From the NCBI GenBank assembly GCA_964542785.1, contig CAZIUK010000001.1:5115-69114 (forward strand): 64,000 bases of DNA. Reading direction: 5' to 3'. This document shows, one piece after another, positions 47,397-57,792 of this stretch. Both the position numbers and the translations under genes were made by a program. This DNA is from an uncultured Planctomycetales bacterium. GTDB taxonomy: Bacteria > Omnitrophota > Gorgyraeia > Gygaellales > Profunditerraquicolaceae. Positions within the stretch are counted from its first letter, which is position 1; each line of letters begins with the position of its first letter. The notes under the pieces were generated by a model, which was not told the origin of the DNA, ran no database searches, and saw only the letters and a program-made list of their open reading frames with translations.

Positions 47397-49378
47397 TGAA
47401 AAAGAGCCTTGTAATAGTAGAGTCTCCTGCTAAGGCAAAGACCATCAGTAAGATATTAGGGGATAATTTTAAAGTAGCCTCTTCTATGGGGCATATTATT
47501 GACCTGCCGCAGAAGAAATTAGGGGTTGATATAGAGAACAACTTTAAGGCAGAGTATGTTATTATTCCCGGGCGGCAAAAGGCTCTCTCTGCTATTAAAA
47601 AAGAGGCGAAAGGCAAAGAGGTAATTTACATTGCTACTGACCCTGACCGGGAAGGGGAGGCTATTGGCTGGCAATTAAAAAGAACGGTATTTAAGAAGAA
47701 TGAAAATGTCCTGAGGGTAACCTTTCATGAGATTACTCCTACTGCAGTAAAAGAGGCGTTTAAGCATGCGCGCGATTTTGATAATAATATGCTTGAAGCG
47801 CAGGCAGGGCGTAGGGTCTTAGATAGGATAGTAGGATATTTTTTAAGCCCGCTGCTTTGGAAGAAGATTGCCCGGGGTTTAAGCGCTGGCAGGGTTCAGT
47901 CAGCAGCCTTAAGGATTATTATTGATAGAGAGAAGGATATTCAAAAGTTTACCGCAGAAGAATACTGGCAGATAGAAGCCAAGTTATCTAAGGAGGATAA
48001 CGCTTTTCTTGCTAAGCTTGATAAGATAGAAGGCAAAAAGGTAAAGATAAGTACTCAAAAAGAAGCAGAGGATAAATGTAGTGATATAAAGAAGAATGAG
48101 TTTAGGGTATCAGAAGTAAAACATACGGATAAGAAACGTTACCCCAATCCTCCATTTATAACCAGCTCTATGCAGCAAGAGGCATTTAATAAGCTAAAGT
48201 TTAGCGTAAGTAAGACTATGATGGTCGCCCAACAGCTTTATGAAGGGATTGATATCGGCGAAGGCAACCCCATCGGGCTTATCACCTATATGAGGACAGA
48301 CTCTCCTAGGGTTTCGTCTGAGGCGATATCTGAGGTGCGCGAGTATATTGTAAGATATTTTGGTAAAGAGAGCCTTCCGGAGAAGCCAAACTATTACAAG
48401 GTAAAAAAACTTGCCCAAGAAGCACACGAGGCGATCAGGCCGACGTTTATTTCGCGTCATCCTGAGGGTTTGAAGGCTTTTCTTACCCCGGAACAGCTTA
48501 AGTTATACACCCTTATATATAACCGCTTTGTCGCTTCTCAGATGAAGCCTGCGGTTTACAAGGTTGTTACGGTAAATATAGAAGCAGGCAAGTATAATTT
48601 TACTGCTTCAGGCAGCAGCCTTTCTTTTTTAGGTTTTACCGCGGTTTATAACGACAATCTTGAAGGTGAGGATAATAGCAAGAAAGAAGAAGAGGGCGGG
48701 AAAAATAAGATACCATTATTAAAAAAAGGGGATATTCTAAAATTGTTAAAACTTTCATCCTCCCAGCATTTTACTAAGCCTCCGGCAAGGTATTCAGATA
48801 GTTCGCTGATAAAGGCATTAGAAGATGAAGGCATAGGTAGGCCTTCAACCTATGCGCCGATAATCTATACTCTGATACTGCGGGATTATGCGCGCAGGAT
48901 TAAAGGTTATTTTCATCCTACTGAGTTGGGTTTTAAGGTTTGTGATTTGCTTGTAGAGTATTTTCCAAAGATAGTTGACCTTAAGTTTACCGCGCTTATG
49001 GAGGAGGAGCTTGACGGGATAGAAGAGGGTAAGTTAGAAAGGCTTAAGGTATTAAATGATTTTTATCAGCCATTTAAGGCGAGCCTTGATTTTGCGCAGG
49101 CTAATGTGAAGAAGGAGGTAATTACCACTAATGAGGTTTGCGATAAGTGCGGAAAACCTTTAATTGTTAAATGGGGTAGGCGTGGAAAGTTTTTAAGTTG
49201 TTCTGGTTTTCCTGAGTGTAGGAACTCCAAATCTATAACCTCTGGGGTTAAATGTCCGCAAGAGGGTTGTACGGGTGAATTGATTGAGCGTCGCTCAAAG
49301 CGGGGATTTTTCTATGGTTGTTCAAATTTCCCTAATTGCCGCTTTACCTCACGCACCCTCCCTGAAAACAAAGAATAA
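47387..49378 (+). CDS. topA: DNA topoisomerase I
   Basis: TOPRIM ...SLVIVESPAKAKTI..., and C-terminal C4 zinc ribbons. Confidence 0.9.
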   Translation: MFVMKKSLVIVESPAKAKTISKILGDNFKVASSMGHIIDLPQKKLGVDIENNFKAEYVIIPGRQKALSAIKKEAKGKEVIYIATDPDREGEAIGWQLKRTVFKKNENVLRVTFHEITPTAVKEAFKHARDFDNNMLEAQAGRRVLDRIVGYFLSPLLWKKIARGLSAGRVQSAALRIIIDREKDIQKFTAEEYWQIEAKLSKEDNAFLAKLDKIEGKKVKISTQKEAEDKCSDIKKNEFRVSEVKHTDKKRYPNPPFITSSMQQEAFNKLKFSVSKTMMVAQQLYEGIDIGEGNPIGLITYMRTDSPRVSSEAISEVREYIVRYFGKESLPEKPNYYKVKKLAQEAHEAIRPTFISRHPEGLKAFLTPEQLKLYTLIYNRFVASQMKPAVYKVVTVNIEAGKYNFTASGSSLSFLGFTAVYNDNLEGEDNSKKEEEGGKNKIPLLKKGDILKLLKLSSSQHFTKPPARYSDSSLIKALEDEGIGRPSTYAPIIYTLILRDYARRIKGYFHPTELGFKVCDLLVEYFPKIVDLKFTALMEEELDGIEEGKLERLKVLNDFYQPFKASLDFAQANVKKEVITTNEVCDKCGKPLIVKWGRRGKFLSCSGFPECRNSKSITSGVKCPQEGCTGELIERRSKRGFFYGCSNFPNCRFTSRTLPENKE

Positions 49379-49386
49379 AAGGGATA

Positions 49387-50256
49387 ATGGATAAATATAT
49401 TGAAAAGTTTATGCGTTATTTAGAGATTGAGAAGAATTACTCTGCGCATACCTTATTAAACTATCATTTAGACCTTAAAGGTTTTAAGAGGTTTTGTGGG
49501 GATATATCCTTAGGGAGGATAGATTACCTTTTCTTAAGAAAGTATCTGGCAGTATTAAAAGAAAAGAGGCTAGGAAATAGGTCGATAGGCCGCAAGCTCT
49601 CTTCTTTGCGTAGTTTTTTCAGGTTTTTAACCCGTGAGAACCTTATTAAAACTAACCCCATACTTATGCTCTCAAGCCCAAAGTTAGAAAAGCCCCTCCC
49701 TTCTTTTATGACCGAAGATGAGGTTTCTAAGTTGATAGAGGCAGTCTTCTTGAGGAACGATATAGATGAGTTTGCCTTGCGTGATAGGGCAATTTTAGAG
49801 GTCTTTTATTCAAGCGGGTTGCGTATATCGGAGTTAGTAGCCTTAGATTTAAACGCAGTAGATTTTATCAGCGGGATAATAAAGGTTATGGGCAAGGGTA
49901 AAAAAGAGAGGGTAGTCCCGGTTGGGGATATAGCCCTTAAGGCAGTAAGAAATTATCTTAAGGCAAGGAAGAAAGATAATGAGGCAGTTTTTCTTAATAA
50001 GAACGGAAAGCGTATCACAACGCGCGGGGTAAGGGGGATAGTGGGGAAATACTTAAAGAGCGTTGGACTTTTGCGCGGTATCTCTGCGCATACCTTAAGG
50101 CATTCTTTTGCTACACATCTTTTAAACCGCGGAGCGGATTTACGTACGGTTCAGGAGTTATTAGGGCATGCTAACCTTTCTACTACGCAGATATACACGC
50201 ATTTAACTACGGAAAAGTTAAAGAGCGTTTATGATAAAGCGCATCCGCACGCCTAA
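49387..50256 (+). CDS. Tyrosine site-specific recombinase XerC/XerD
   Basis: ...HTLRHSFATHLL...; catalytic Tyr in ...TQIYTHL... Confidence 0.85.
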   Translation: MDKYIEKFMRYLEIEKNYSAHTLLNYHLDLKGFKRFCGDISLGRIDYLFLRKYLAVLKEKRLGNRSIGRKLSSLRSFFRFLTRENLIKTNPILMLSSPKLEKPLPSFMTEDEVSKLIEAVFLRNDIDEFALRDRAILEVFYSSGLRISELVALDLNAVDFISGIIKVMGKGKKERVVPVGDIALKAVRNYLKARKKDNEAVFLNKNGKRITTRGVRGIVGKYLKSVGLLRGISAHTLRHSFATHLLNRGADLRTVQELLGHANLSTTQIYTHLTTEKLKSVYDKAHPHA

Positions 50257-51550
50257 AGGCAAGTATATAGTATATATGGGGAGGGGGGGGAGGGTGGCAC
50301 TACTTTATGATTTAGTATTTGTTTTCTTTATAATTATAAATATCCCGGTTTATTTATTTAAGGGCAAGTTTCACCGCGGGTTTATAAGAAGGTTTGGCGT
50401 TTTGCCTAGGGGGGTAGAGTTTAATCGTCCTATATGGGTTCACGCGGTGAGCGTAGGGGAGACAGTATCTGCGCGTAGGCTTATTGAGGGGTTAAGAAAA
50501 GCATGCCCTGAAAAACAATTTGTAATATCTACGGTTACGCCTACGGGAAATACTATTGCCCGCTCTATAGCTAAGGAGAAAGACTTTGTTACTTATCTGC
50601 CCTTTGATATTAGCTGTATAACTAATTTTGTTATTAAGAGAATTAAGCCCTGCATATTTATCATTATTGAAACAGAACTTTGGCCTAACCTTATAAACTC
50701 TTTGCATAAAAATTTAGTCCCTGTAGTAGTCCTTAACGCGCGCATCTCTGATGCTTCTTTCAGAGGGTATTTAGCGCTAAGAAAGATAATTAAACCTATC
50801 CTAAAAAAGGTTAGCATCTTTTACGCTCAATCTAAAAGTGATAGCACTAAACTTTCTCTCTTAGGAGTTGATTCTGAGAGGATTGAGGTTACAGGGAATA
50901 TGAAGTTTGATCAGGATATAAATTGCTCTTATGATTCTAAAATATACAGGGAGTATCTTAAGTTAGATAAAGAAGAAGTTCTTTGGGTAGCTGGCTCAAC
51001 ACATCCAAAAGAGGAAGAGATTGTGCTAGATGTTTATAAAAAACTTCTCAAACCCTTCCCTTACTTACGCCTCTTGCTTGCCCCGCGCCATCCTGAAAGA
51101 TCCGATAGTATTAGTAGGTTAGTTAAATCAAAAGGTTTTTTAGCAGAAAAGGTAAGTGCGCTTAAAAGTAAAATTCCAAAAGAAAGGGTAGTATTTATTT
51201 TAGATACGATAGGCAGTTTAATTAAGTTTTATTCAGCGTCGGATATCGTCTTTGTCGGGGGAAGCCTTGTAAGGCAAGGAGGGCATAATATTTTAGAGCC
51301 GGCTTTTTTGAATAAGCCGGTGCTCTTTGGCCCGTATATGTTTAATTTTAGGGATATAGCGCATGAGTTTTTAAGCAATCAGGCGGCTATCCAGGTTTTA
51401 AATGCAGAAGGGTTGGTTAAAGCGATAAAGGAGTTGCTTCTAGATAGCCCTAAGGCAGATGCTTTGGTTAATAATGCTCAGCTTTTGATAGCTATGAATC
51501 GCGGGACTACGGATAAGAATATAACATTGGTAAAAAGACTGATTCTTTAG
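50231..51550 (+). CDS. waaA: 3-deoxy-D-manno-octulosonic acid (Kdo) transferase. The real start is possibly the ATG at 50276 or the GTG at 50294
   Basis: ...ALLYDLVFVFF...PIWVHAVSVGE... closely mirrors the WaaA/KdtA N-terminus. Confidence 0.8.
   Translation: MIKRIRTPKGKYIVYMGRGGRVALLYDLVFVFFIIINIPVYLFKGKFHRGFIRRFGVLPRGVEFNRPIWVHAVSVGETVSARRLIEGLRKACPEKQFVISTVTPTGNTIARSIAKEKDFVTYLPFDISCITNFVIKRIKPCIFIIIETELWPNLINSLHKNLVPVVVLNARISDASFRGYLALRKIIKPILKKVSIFYAQSKSDSTKLSLLGVDSERIEVTGNMKFDQDINCSYDSKIYREYLKLDKEEVLWVAGSTHPKEEEIVLDVYKKLLKPFPYLRLLLAPRHPERSDSISRLVKSKGFLAEKVSALKSKIPKERVVFILDTIGSLIKFYSASDIVFVGGSLVRQGGHNILEPAFLNKPVLFGPYMFNFRDIAHEFLSNQAAIQVLNAEGLVKAIKELLLDSPKADALVNNAQLLIAMNRGTTDKNITLVKRLIL
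50279..50297. repeat. G-rich tract GGGAGGGGGGGGAGGGTGG, including a G8 homopolymer (50283-50290), at the 5' end of waaA
   Basis: Read directly. It is the longest homopolymer noticed in this AT-rich window. Confidence 0.8.
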
Positions 51551-51599
51551 CTATTTTAATTAAAATGATAACTTTAAAATTAGAAGAAAAGATTTTATT

Positions 51600-52661
51600 A
51601 TGATACGGAAAATACTTTATAATTTAGCTACGGACAAATACAGGGGGATAAAGTTTTTAGGGGTAAAGTTTTTGCTTTTGTGTCTTTCTTTTGTTTATGG
51701 TTTGATTATACGTTTTTTAATCTTTTTGTCTTTATCAGATCAGAAGCGTTTAAACCTTAAGGTTATAAGCGTAGGTAATATTACTTTAGGGGGGACGGGT
51801 AAGACTCCTTTGGTTGAGTTAATCTCGCTTTACCTTCAGAAGCGCAAGATACCTTTGGCTATTTTGACCAGAGGTTATAAGTCAAGGAGGGTGGATGCTT
51901 TTAGCGATGAGCCCAAGATGCTCGCTAAAAACTTAAAAAGGGCCTTTGTTATATTAGATAAGGATAGGTATCGGGCAGCCAAAAGGGCATCAAGGGAATA
52001 TGGCGTTGATACGGTTATCTTAGATGATGGTTTTCAGCAATGGAGGATAAAAAAAGATTTAGAGATAGTTGTTATAGATGCGCGTAACCCTTTTGGCAAC
52101 CGGAATATGTTGCCAAGGGGTATTATGCGCGAGCCCTTGAGTTCCTTAAGAAGGGCGGATATTTTTGTTTTAACTAAGGTTGACCTAGCCTGCGTAGAAT
52201 CTTTGGCAAGGCTAAAAAAAGATTTAATCAGATACCAGCCTAAGGCATTGGTAGTAGAGGCGTTTTATCGTCCGGTAGGTTTTTATAATATCAAATATCC
52301 GGATAAATTATTAGGGTTAGATAAGCTTGATAGGCAAAATAAAGCTCTCTTATTATCCGGGATAGCGGATCCGGATTCTTTTTTGCATTTAGTCCGTGGC
52401 TTGGGGGTAGATATAACCTTAGACTTAAGATTTCCTGATCATCACCACTATACCTTGGCAGAGTTAGGGTTAATTACCTCTAAGGCCAAAGAGGAGGGGA
52501 TTAAGTTAATCATTACTACGGATAAGGACGCTTCTAGATTGACGCAAGATGATGTTTTGCTTTTTTCAGGGTTAGATGTAATAGCCTTGCGTGTAGAGTT
52601 AGGGATAGTAAAGCATGAAAAAGAATTCTTTAATAGACTGCTTAGCCTGTATTCTTTTTAA
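51600..52661 (+). CDS. lpxK: Tetraacyldisaccharide 4'-kinase
   Basis: ...SVGNITLGGTGKTPLVE.... Confidence 0.85.
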   Translation: MIRKILYNLATDKYRGIKFLGVKFLLLCLSFVYGLIIRFLIFLSLSDQKRLNLKVISVGNITLGGTGKTPLVELISLYLQKRKIPLAILTRGYKSRRVDAFSDEPKMLAKNLKRAFVILDKDRYRAAKRASREYGVDTVILDDGFQQWRIKKDLEIVVIDARNPFGNRNMLPRGIMREPLSSLRRADIFVLTKVDLACVESLARLKKDLIRYQPKALVVEAFYRPVGFYNIKYPDKLLGLDKLDRQNKALLLSGIADPDSFLHLVRGLGVDITLDLRFPDHHHYTLAELGLITSKAKEEGIKLIITTDKDASRLTQDDVLLFSGLDVIALRVELGIVKHEKEFFNRLLSLYSF

Positions 52662-54558
52662 GATTTTAGGCCCCCTTATAAGGGCGTTGCCTTTATCTTT
52701 AAGTTTTTGCTTAGGCAGAAGGTTAGGGGACCTCCTCTATATTTTAGACCCTAAACACAGGTCAATAGCTTATGCGAATATAAAGAGGGCATTTTATGGT
52801 AGGCCCCTTACGCCTTGCCTAAAAAGCCTAACCAGAGAGTTTTATCAAGCCTTTGGTCAGAGTCTAATAGAGGTATTTCTTATCCCTAAAATAGACAGAA
52901 GATATATTGATAGTTTTATAACTATTAGTGGGTTGGATAATATTTTAAATGCCTTTAAAAAGAAAAGAGGGGTTATCCTTGTCGCTGTGCACGCTGGGAG
53001 TTGGGAGTTATCCAATATCATTACCGCTAATTTAGGTTTTCCTTTTTCTATGTTTATAAGAGAGCAGGGGTTAGAAAGGCTAAACAACTTACTTAATGAT
53101 TACCGGAAAAGAAAAGGTTGTCGGGTAATAAGCCGTAAAAGGGGGATAAAGGAGGTAATTGCCGCCCTAAATAACAATGAGGCAGTAGGGATGACAGTTG
53201 ACCAGGGTGCAGATACAGGGGTTTTGGTTGATTTTTTTGGCAAACCCGCCTCCATGCCTAAGGGAGCAATAAAACTTGCCTTAAAATACAATGTTCCTTT
53301 GATACCGGTATTTTTCAAACGCATAGACGGGCCAAAGATAAAGGTTTGGGTAGGAGAAGAGATTGTTTTATCAAGGGGTTTAAGTAAAGAGGAGGATATA
53401 AAAGTAAACCTGCAGGCGGTTATCAAGATATTTGAAAGGTTCATACTCAAAAATCCCAAGGAGTATTTATGGACTTATAAAATTTGGAAGCGCTCACAGG
53501 TAAGGGACCTGCTTATTATAAGCGACGCAAAGGCAGGGCATATACACCAATCTTTGGCAGTAGCTAATTTGGTTAAAGAGGTTTTAACAGAGAAGGGTTT
53601 TAAGACAAGGTTAGTTAAGGCTGAGGCAGTTTTTAGAAATAAGTTTCTTAGGTTTCTATTTGGTATTTGCACCTTCTTTTTTGGGAGGTTTGGAGGTTGG
53701 ATGAAGGTTTCTTCATTGAGGTATTTTTTAACGCGCGGCTCATTTAAAGAGCTATCTTCTTTGCCTGCGGATATTATAATAACTACTGGGTCTTCTTTGG
53801 TGGGGTTAAATATTGTCCTCTCTAAGGAGAATTTAAGCAAGTCCATAGTAGTAATGCGCCCCTCTTATTTTAGTTTAAGTAGGTTTACCCTTGTTATTGC
53901 CCCTAAGCACGATAGGCTTGAGAAGAAAAAAAATCTGGTTATTACAGATGCTCCCCTTAACCTTATTAATGAAGAGGTATTAGAAAAGGCAAAAAATAGC
54001 TTGATAGAAAAGAGGCAATTAGACAAAAGCGCTTTCTATATCTCTTTTTTAGTAGGAGGGGATAGTAAGAACTTTAAACTTTCTACTAAGTCTATAGCAA
54101 TAGTTTTAGAAGAGTTAAAAAATCTCTCAGAGTCTTTAGGCGCTAGTTTGCTTCTTACTACTTCACGCAGGACGAGTAAAGAGGTAGAGGCCTTCTTAAA
54201 AAAAGAGTTAAACGGTTTTAAACGCCTTAAGCTTATGGTCATAGCCAATGAAGATAATTTTCCCGGTGCAGTAGAGGGTATCTTGGGGTTAAGTAGTATT
54301 GTTATTTTAAGCCCGGAGAGTATCTCTATGATATCTGAGGCAGTAAGTAGTAAGAGGATCGTATTTGTCTTTAGGCAGCCATCTTTAAGCCCTAAACATC
54401 AGAGTTTTTTATCTTATTTTTCTGATAGAGGATATATTTATTTAACTGAAAGTTATAACTTATCTAAGGATATAGCTAAGGTTTATTTAGAGAAGCCACA
54501 AATGCCTTTGTTAAGAGACAACGAGTTAGTAAAAGAATATTTAAACAAGGTCTTGTAG
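52615..54558 (+). CDS. Lipid A late acyltransferase (LpxL/HtrB-like) fused to a ~340-aa C-terminal domain of uncertain function (ELM1/DUF1022-like GT-B fold suspected)
   Basis: N-terminal 300 aa has the LpxL family pattern (...VAVHAGSWEL...). The C-terminal half was not confidently assigned. Confidence 0.65.
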   Translation: MKKNSLIDCLACILFKILGPLIRALPLSLSFCLGRRLGDLLYILDPKHRSIAYANIKRAFYGRPLTPCLKSLTREFYQAFGQSLIEVFLIPKIDRRYIDSFITISGLDNILNAFKKKRGVILVAVHAGSWELSNIITANLGFPFSMFIREQGLERLNNLLNDYRKRKGCRVISRKRGIKEVIAALNNNEAVGMTVDQGADTGVLVDFFGKPASMPKGAIKLALKYNVPLIPVFFKRIDGPKIKVWVGEEIVLSRGLSKEEDIKVNLQAVIKIFERFILKNPKEYLWTYKIWKRSQVRDLLIISDAKAGHIHQSLAVANLVKEVLTEKGFKTRLVKAEAVFRNKFLRFLFGICTFFFGRFGGWMKVSSLRYFLTRGSFKELSSLPADIIITTGSSLVGLNIVLSKENLSKSIVVMRPSYFSLSRFTLVIAPKHDRLEKKKNLVITDAPLNLINEEVLEKAKNSLIEKRQLDKSAFYISFLVGGDSKNFKLSTKSIAIVLEELKNLSESLGASLLLTTSRRTSKEVEAFLKKELNGFKRLKLMVIANEDNFPGAVEGILGLSSIVILSPESISMISEAVSSKRIVFVFRQPSLSPKHQSFLSYFSDRGYIYLTESYNLSKDIAKVYLEKPQMPLLRDNELVKEYLNKVL

Positions 54559-54596
54559 AGGTATTTTAAGAAGAGTTTAATAGGGGAGTTTTTAAA

Positions 54597-56684
54597 TTGA
54601 ATATACTTCAGATATTGCCGGAGTTAAATGTAGGAGGGGTTGAAACAGGGACGCTTGATTTAGCAAGGCGTCTGGTCTCTTTGGGACATAAGGCGGTTGT
54701 TGTTTCTGCTGGAGGGGATTTGGTCAAGGATTTAGAGAGTGCAGGGGCTAGACATTATCAGTTGCCAGTGCATAAGAAGTCTATTCTTAGCATTCTTAAA
54801 TCAATTAACCCGTTGGTAGAGATAATCAAAAAAGAAAAAATTGATATTGTTCATGCCCGTTCGCGTATTCCGGCGTGGATAGCCTATTTTGCTTCTCGCA
54901 AGGCGCAGGTAGCCTTTGTTACTACCTGTCACGGTTACTACAAAAAACATCTTTTTAGTTATGTTATGGGTTGGGGTAAGAGAGTTATCGTGATAAGCAA
55001 TACTATAGCCCGGCATATGATAGAAGATTTTTCCGTCCCCTATGAGCGGATTCGGCTTATACCGCGCAGCGTTGATCCGGATAAATTTAAGTATATTAGC
55101 CCTAAGGAAAAAAGAGGGAGGTATTTTAATGTAGGGATTATTGGTAGGATCACGCCGATTAAAGGGCATTTAGTTTTTATAAAGGCGATGGCTAAAGTTG
55201 CCAAGGTGGTCCCTTATCTTAAAATCTGGATAGTAGGGGATGCGCCGCAATCCCGCCAAGCCTATAAAGAACAAATACAGGTCTTAGTAAGGAGGCTTGG
55301 ACTTGACCATTCTACCGAGTTTTTAGGAGTGCAGAAAGATATTCCGCAGATACTCTCTCACTTAGACCTCTTGGTTCTTGCTACTACTACCCATGAAGCA
55401 TTTGGAAGGGTAATCATAGAAGCACAGGCAGCAGGGGTTCCGGTAGTAGCTACTAAGGTCGGAGGAGTTGTAGATATTATTGAAGACGGGGAAAACGGAC
55501 TTTTAGTCTCTCCTTCAGATTCTAAGGGTATGGCTTTGGCAGCAATAAAACTCTATAAAGATGTAGGGTTAGCTACCTATTTATCAGAGAATGCTTTGGT
55601 TAAGGTCAAGGAGAAATACAATATCAGCCTTATGGTAGAAAAAACATTAAAGGTTTATGAGGAGGCGTTGAATAATTTTAATCTTTTAATCATCAAGTTA
55701 AGTTCTTTAGGAGACATTATTTTGTCAACCCCCGCCCTAAGGGAGATAAGAAGAAAGTTCCCGCATCATAAGATAAGCCTTTTAACCGCAGAGGAGTCAA
55801 AAGACCTTCTCTTAAATTGTCCTTATATTGATGAACTTATTATTGCAGATGTAAAGAACAAGGATAAGGGGGTAAGAGGGTTATTTAGGATAGCGAGGGT
55901 TTTAAGGAAAAAGGGTTTTGACCTAGTCATTGACCTGCAGAATAACCGCCTAAGCCATGCTCTCTCTTTTCTCTCCTTAAGCCCTTGTCGTTACGGTTAT
56001 GATAATAAGAAACTTTCATTTCTTCTTAACTATAAAGTCAAGGATGATAAGGCTAAGATACCACCCGTAGAGCATCAGTTTAAGGTTTTGAAGTTATTAG
56101 GAGTAAGTCTTTTAGATAACCATTTAGAATTGTGGCCTTCTAAGAGCGATGAAGATTATATAGATAGCTTGCTTAACAAGGAGTGGTTGGGTAAGGGTCA
56201 GAAGCTTATCGGTTTAAATATCAGCGCAAGTAAAAGATGGATTACTAAGTGTTGGCCTAAGGAGCATATAATAAAGCTCTGCGATGAATTGGGGTTAAAA
56301 AATATGAGGGTAGTTATAACTGGGACAGAAGAGGATTGCGCGGATACGGATAGGATATCTGCTTCTCTTAAAAATACTAAGATAATAAACGCCTGCGGCA
56401 AGACCTCTGTCAATCAACTGGCGGCTTTGATTAAACGTTGCGCAGTGTATATCTCAGCGGATTCTTCTCCTTTGCATATTGCTTCGGCTGTTGATACTCC
56501 GGTTATTGCCCTCTTTGGCCCGACCGACCCTTTACGGCATATGCCGGCAGTAAAAAAGGGTAAACTTATCTTTAAGGAATTGCTCTGCAGGGCTTGTTAT
56601 AAGACAAAGTGTAAACATAATAAATGCATGAGGGCTATAACCCCTGAGGAAGTTATGGGGGCAATAGAAGAGCTGTTAAAATGA
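54597..56684 (+). CDS. Fusion of GT4 (GT-B) glycosyltransferase and GT9 ADP-heptose:LPS heptosyltransferase domains
   Basis: N-terminus ...ILPELNVGGVETGTLDL...EAFGRVIIEAQAAGVPVVAT... (GT4). C-terminus ...LIIKLSSLGDIILSTPALREI...GPTDPLRH... (GT9), ending in a Cys4 motif. Confidence 0.7.
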   Translation: MNILQILPELNVGGVETGTLDLARRLVSLGHKAVVVSAGGDLVKDLESAGARHYQLPVHKKSILSILKSINPLVEIIKKEKIDIVHARSRIPAWIAYFASRKAQVAFVTTCHGYYKKHLFSYVMGWGKRVIVISNTIARHMIEDFSVPYERIRLIPRSVDPDKFKYISPKEKRGRYFNVGIIGRITPIKGHLVFIKAMAKVAKVVPYLKIWIVGDAPQSRQAYKEQIQVLVRRLGLDHSTEFLGVQKDIPQILSHLDLLVLATTTHEAFGRVIIEAQAAGVPVVATKVGGVVDIIEDGENGLLVSPSDSKGMALAAIKLYKDVGLATYLSENALVKVKEKYNISLMVEKTLKVYEEALNNFNLLIIKLSSLGDIILSTPALREIRRKFPHHKISLLTAEESKDLLLNCPYIDELIIADVKNKDKGVRGLFRIARVLRKKGFDLVIDLQNNRLSHALSFLSLSPCRYGYDNKKLSFLLNYKVKDDKAKIPPVEHQFKVLKLLGVSLLDNHLELWPSKSDEDYIDSLLNKEWLGKGQKLIGLNISASKRWITKCWPKEHIIKLCDELGLKNMRVVITGTEEDCADTDRISASLKNTKIINACGKTSVNQLAALIKRCAVYISADSSPLHIASAVDTPVIALFGPTDPLRHMPAVKKGKLIFKELLCRACYKTKCKHNKCMRAITPEEVMGAIEELLK

Positions 56685-57790
56685 GGATACTTTTTTTACT
56701 CAATCATCTTAATACCGGAGGGATTACCAGTTATGCCTTAACTCTTTCTAAAGGCTTAGTAAGACTAGGCCACAGTGTCTCTATTGCTTCTTTTGGAGGA
56801 GATCTACTTTATAAGTTTAAAGAAGAAGGGGTTACTCATTACAAGGTCCCTTTAAAGACTAAGAATGAAATAAGCCCTAAGATAATAATCAGCGCTTTAA
56901 TTCTCTTAAAGGTGATTCAAGAGAATAAGTTTGATATAGTGCATTCTCAGAGCCGCACAACGCAGGTCTTAGGGTGTTTATTGTCTAAGCTAAGCGGGGC
57001 AAGGCATATCTTTACCTGTCATGGTTTTTTTAAGAGGCGGTTTTCACGCAGGCTCATGCCTTGTTGGGGGAAAAAGGTAATTGCCATAAGCAGCCAAGTA
57101 GAAGAGCATCTGGTAAGAGATTTTAACCTCTCCTTAGAGAGGATATCTTTGGTCTGTAATGGTATTGATACTAATAGGTTTTCTCCCGTCCTTAAGGAAA
57201 TTAAAGATAAAGCTAAGCAAAATTTAGGCTTAAAACCCAATACCGTAGTAGGTATATTAGCCCGTCTCTCAAGTGTTAAGGGGCATAGGTATTTAATAGA
57301 GGCGATGAAAGATGTAGTCTTATCTTTTCCCGGCGCTCAGCTTCTTATCGCCGGAGAGGGGAAGATTAAAAAAGAGTTAGAAGGGCTGGCTAATTCTTTA
57401 GAGATTAAGGAGAGTGTTTTTTTTATTCCTAATTCAGCGGATACCAAAGATATCCTTTCGGCTATAGATATCTTTGTTCTTCCATCTTTGGAAGAGGGGT
57501 TAGGTTTGGCTTTAATGGAGGCGATGAGCATGGGCTTGGCAGTTATAGGTTCTAGAGTAGGGGGCATAAAGACTTTGATAAAGGATGGCTTAAATGGCTT
57601 GTTAGTAAAACCAAAGGATTCTGAGGGGATATCTTGCGCAATAATTGATTTGATAGCTAATCCTGATAAGGCATTAAGGTTAGGGCTTAAGGCGCGCGAA
57701 GGTATTGTAAAAGATTTTTCCTGTTTGGATATGGTTAAAAAGACTGAAGCAGCCTATCTTGAAGTACTTAAAGATAGCGCGGGGATTTAA
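56681..57790 (+). CDS. GT4-family glycosyltransferase
   Basis: ...EGLGLALMEAMSMGLAVIGS... Confidence 0.75.
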   Translation: MRILFLLNHLNTGGITSYALTLSKGLVRLGHSVSIASFGGDLLYKFKEEGVTHYKVPLKTKNEISPKIIISALILLKVIQENKFDIVHSQSRTTQVLGCLLSKLSGARHIFTCHGFFKRRFSRRLMPCWGKKVIAISSQVEEHLVRDFNLSLERISLVCNGIDTNRFSPVLKEIKDKAKQNLGLKPNTVVGILARLSSVKGHRYLIEAMKDVVLSFPGAQLLIAGEGKIKKELEGLANSLEIKESVFFIPNSADTKDILSAIDIFVLPSLEEGLGLALMEAMSMGLAVIGSRVGGIKTLIKDGLNGLLVKPKDSEGISCAIIDLIANPDKALRLGLKAREGIVKDFSCLDMVKKTEAAYLEVLKDSAGI

Positions 57791-57792
57791 TT

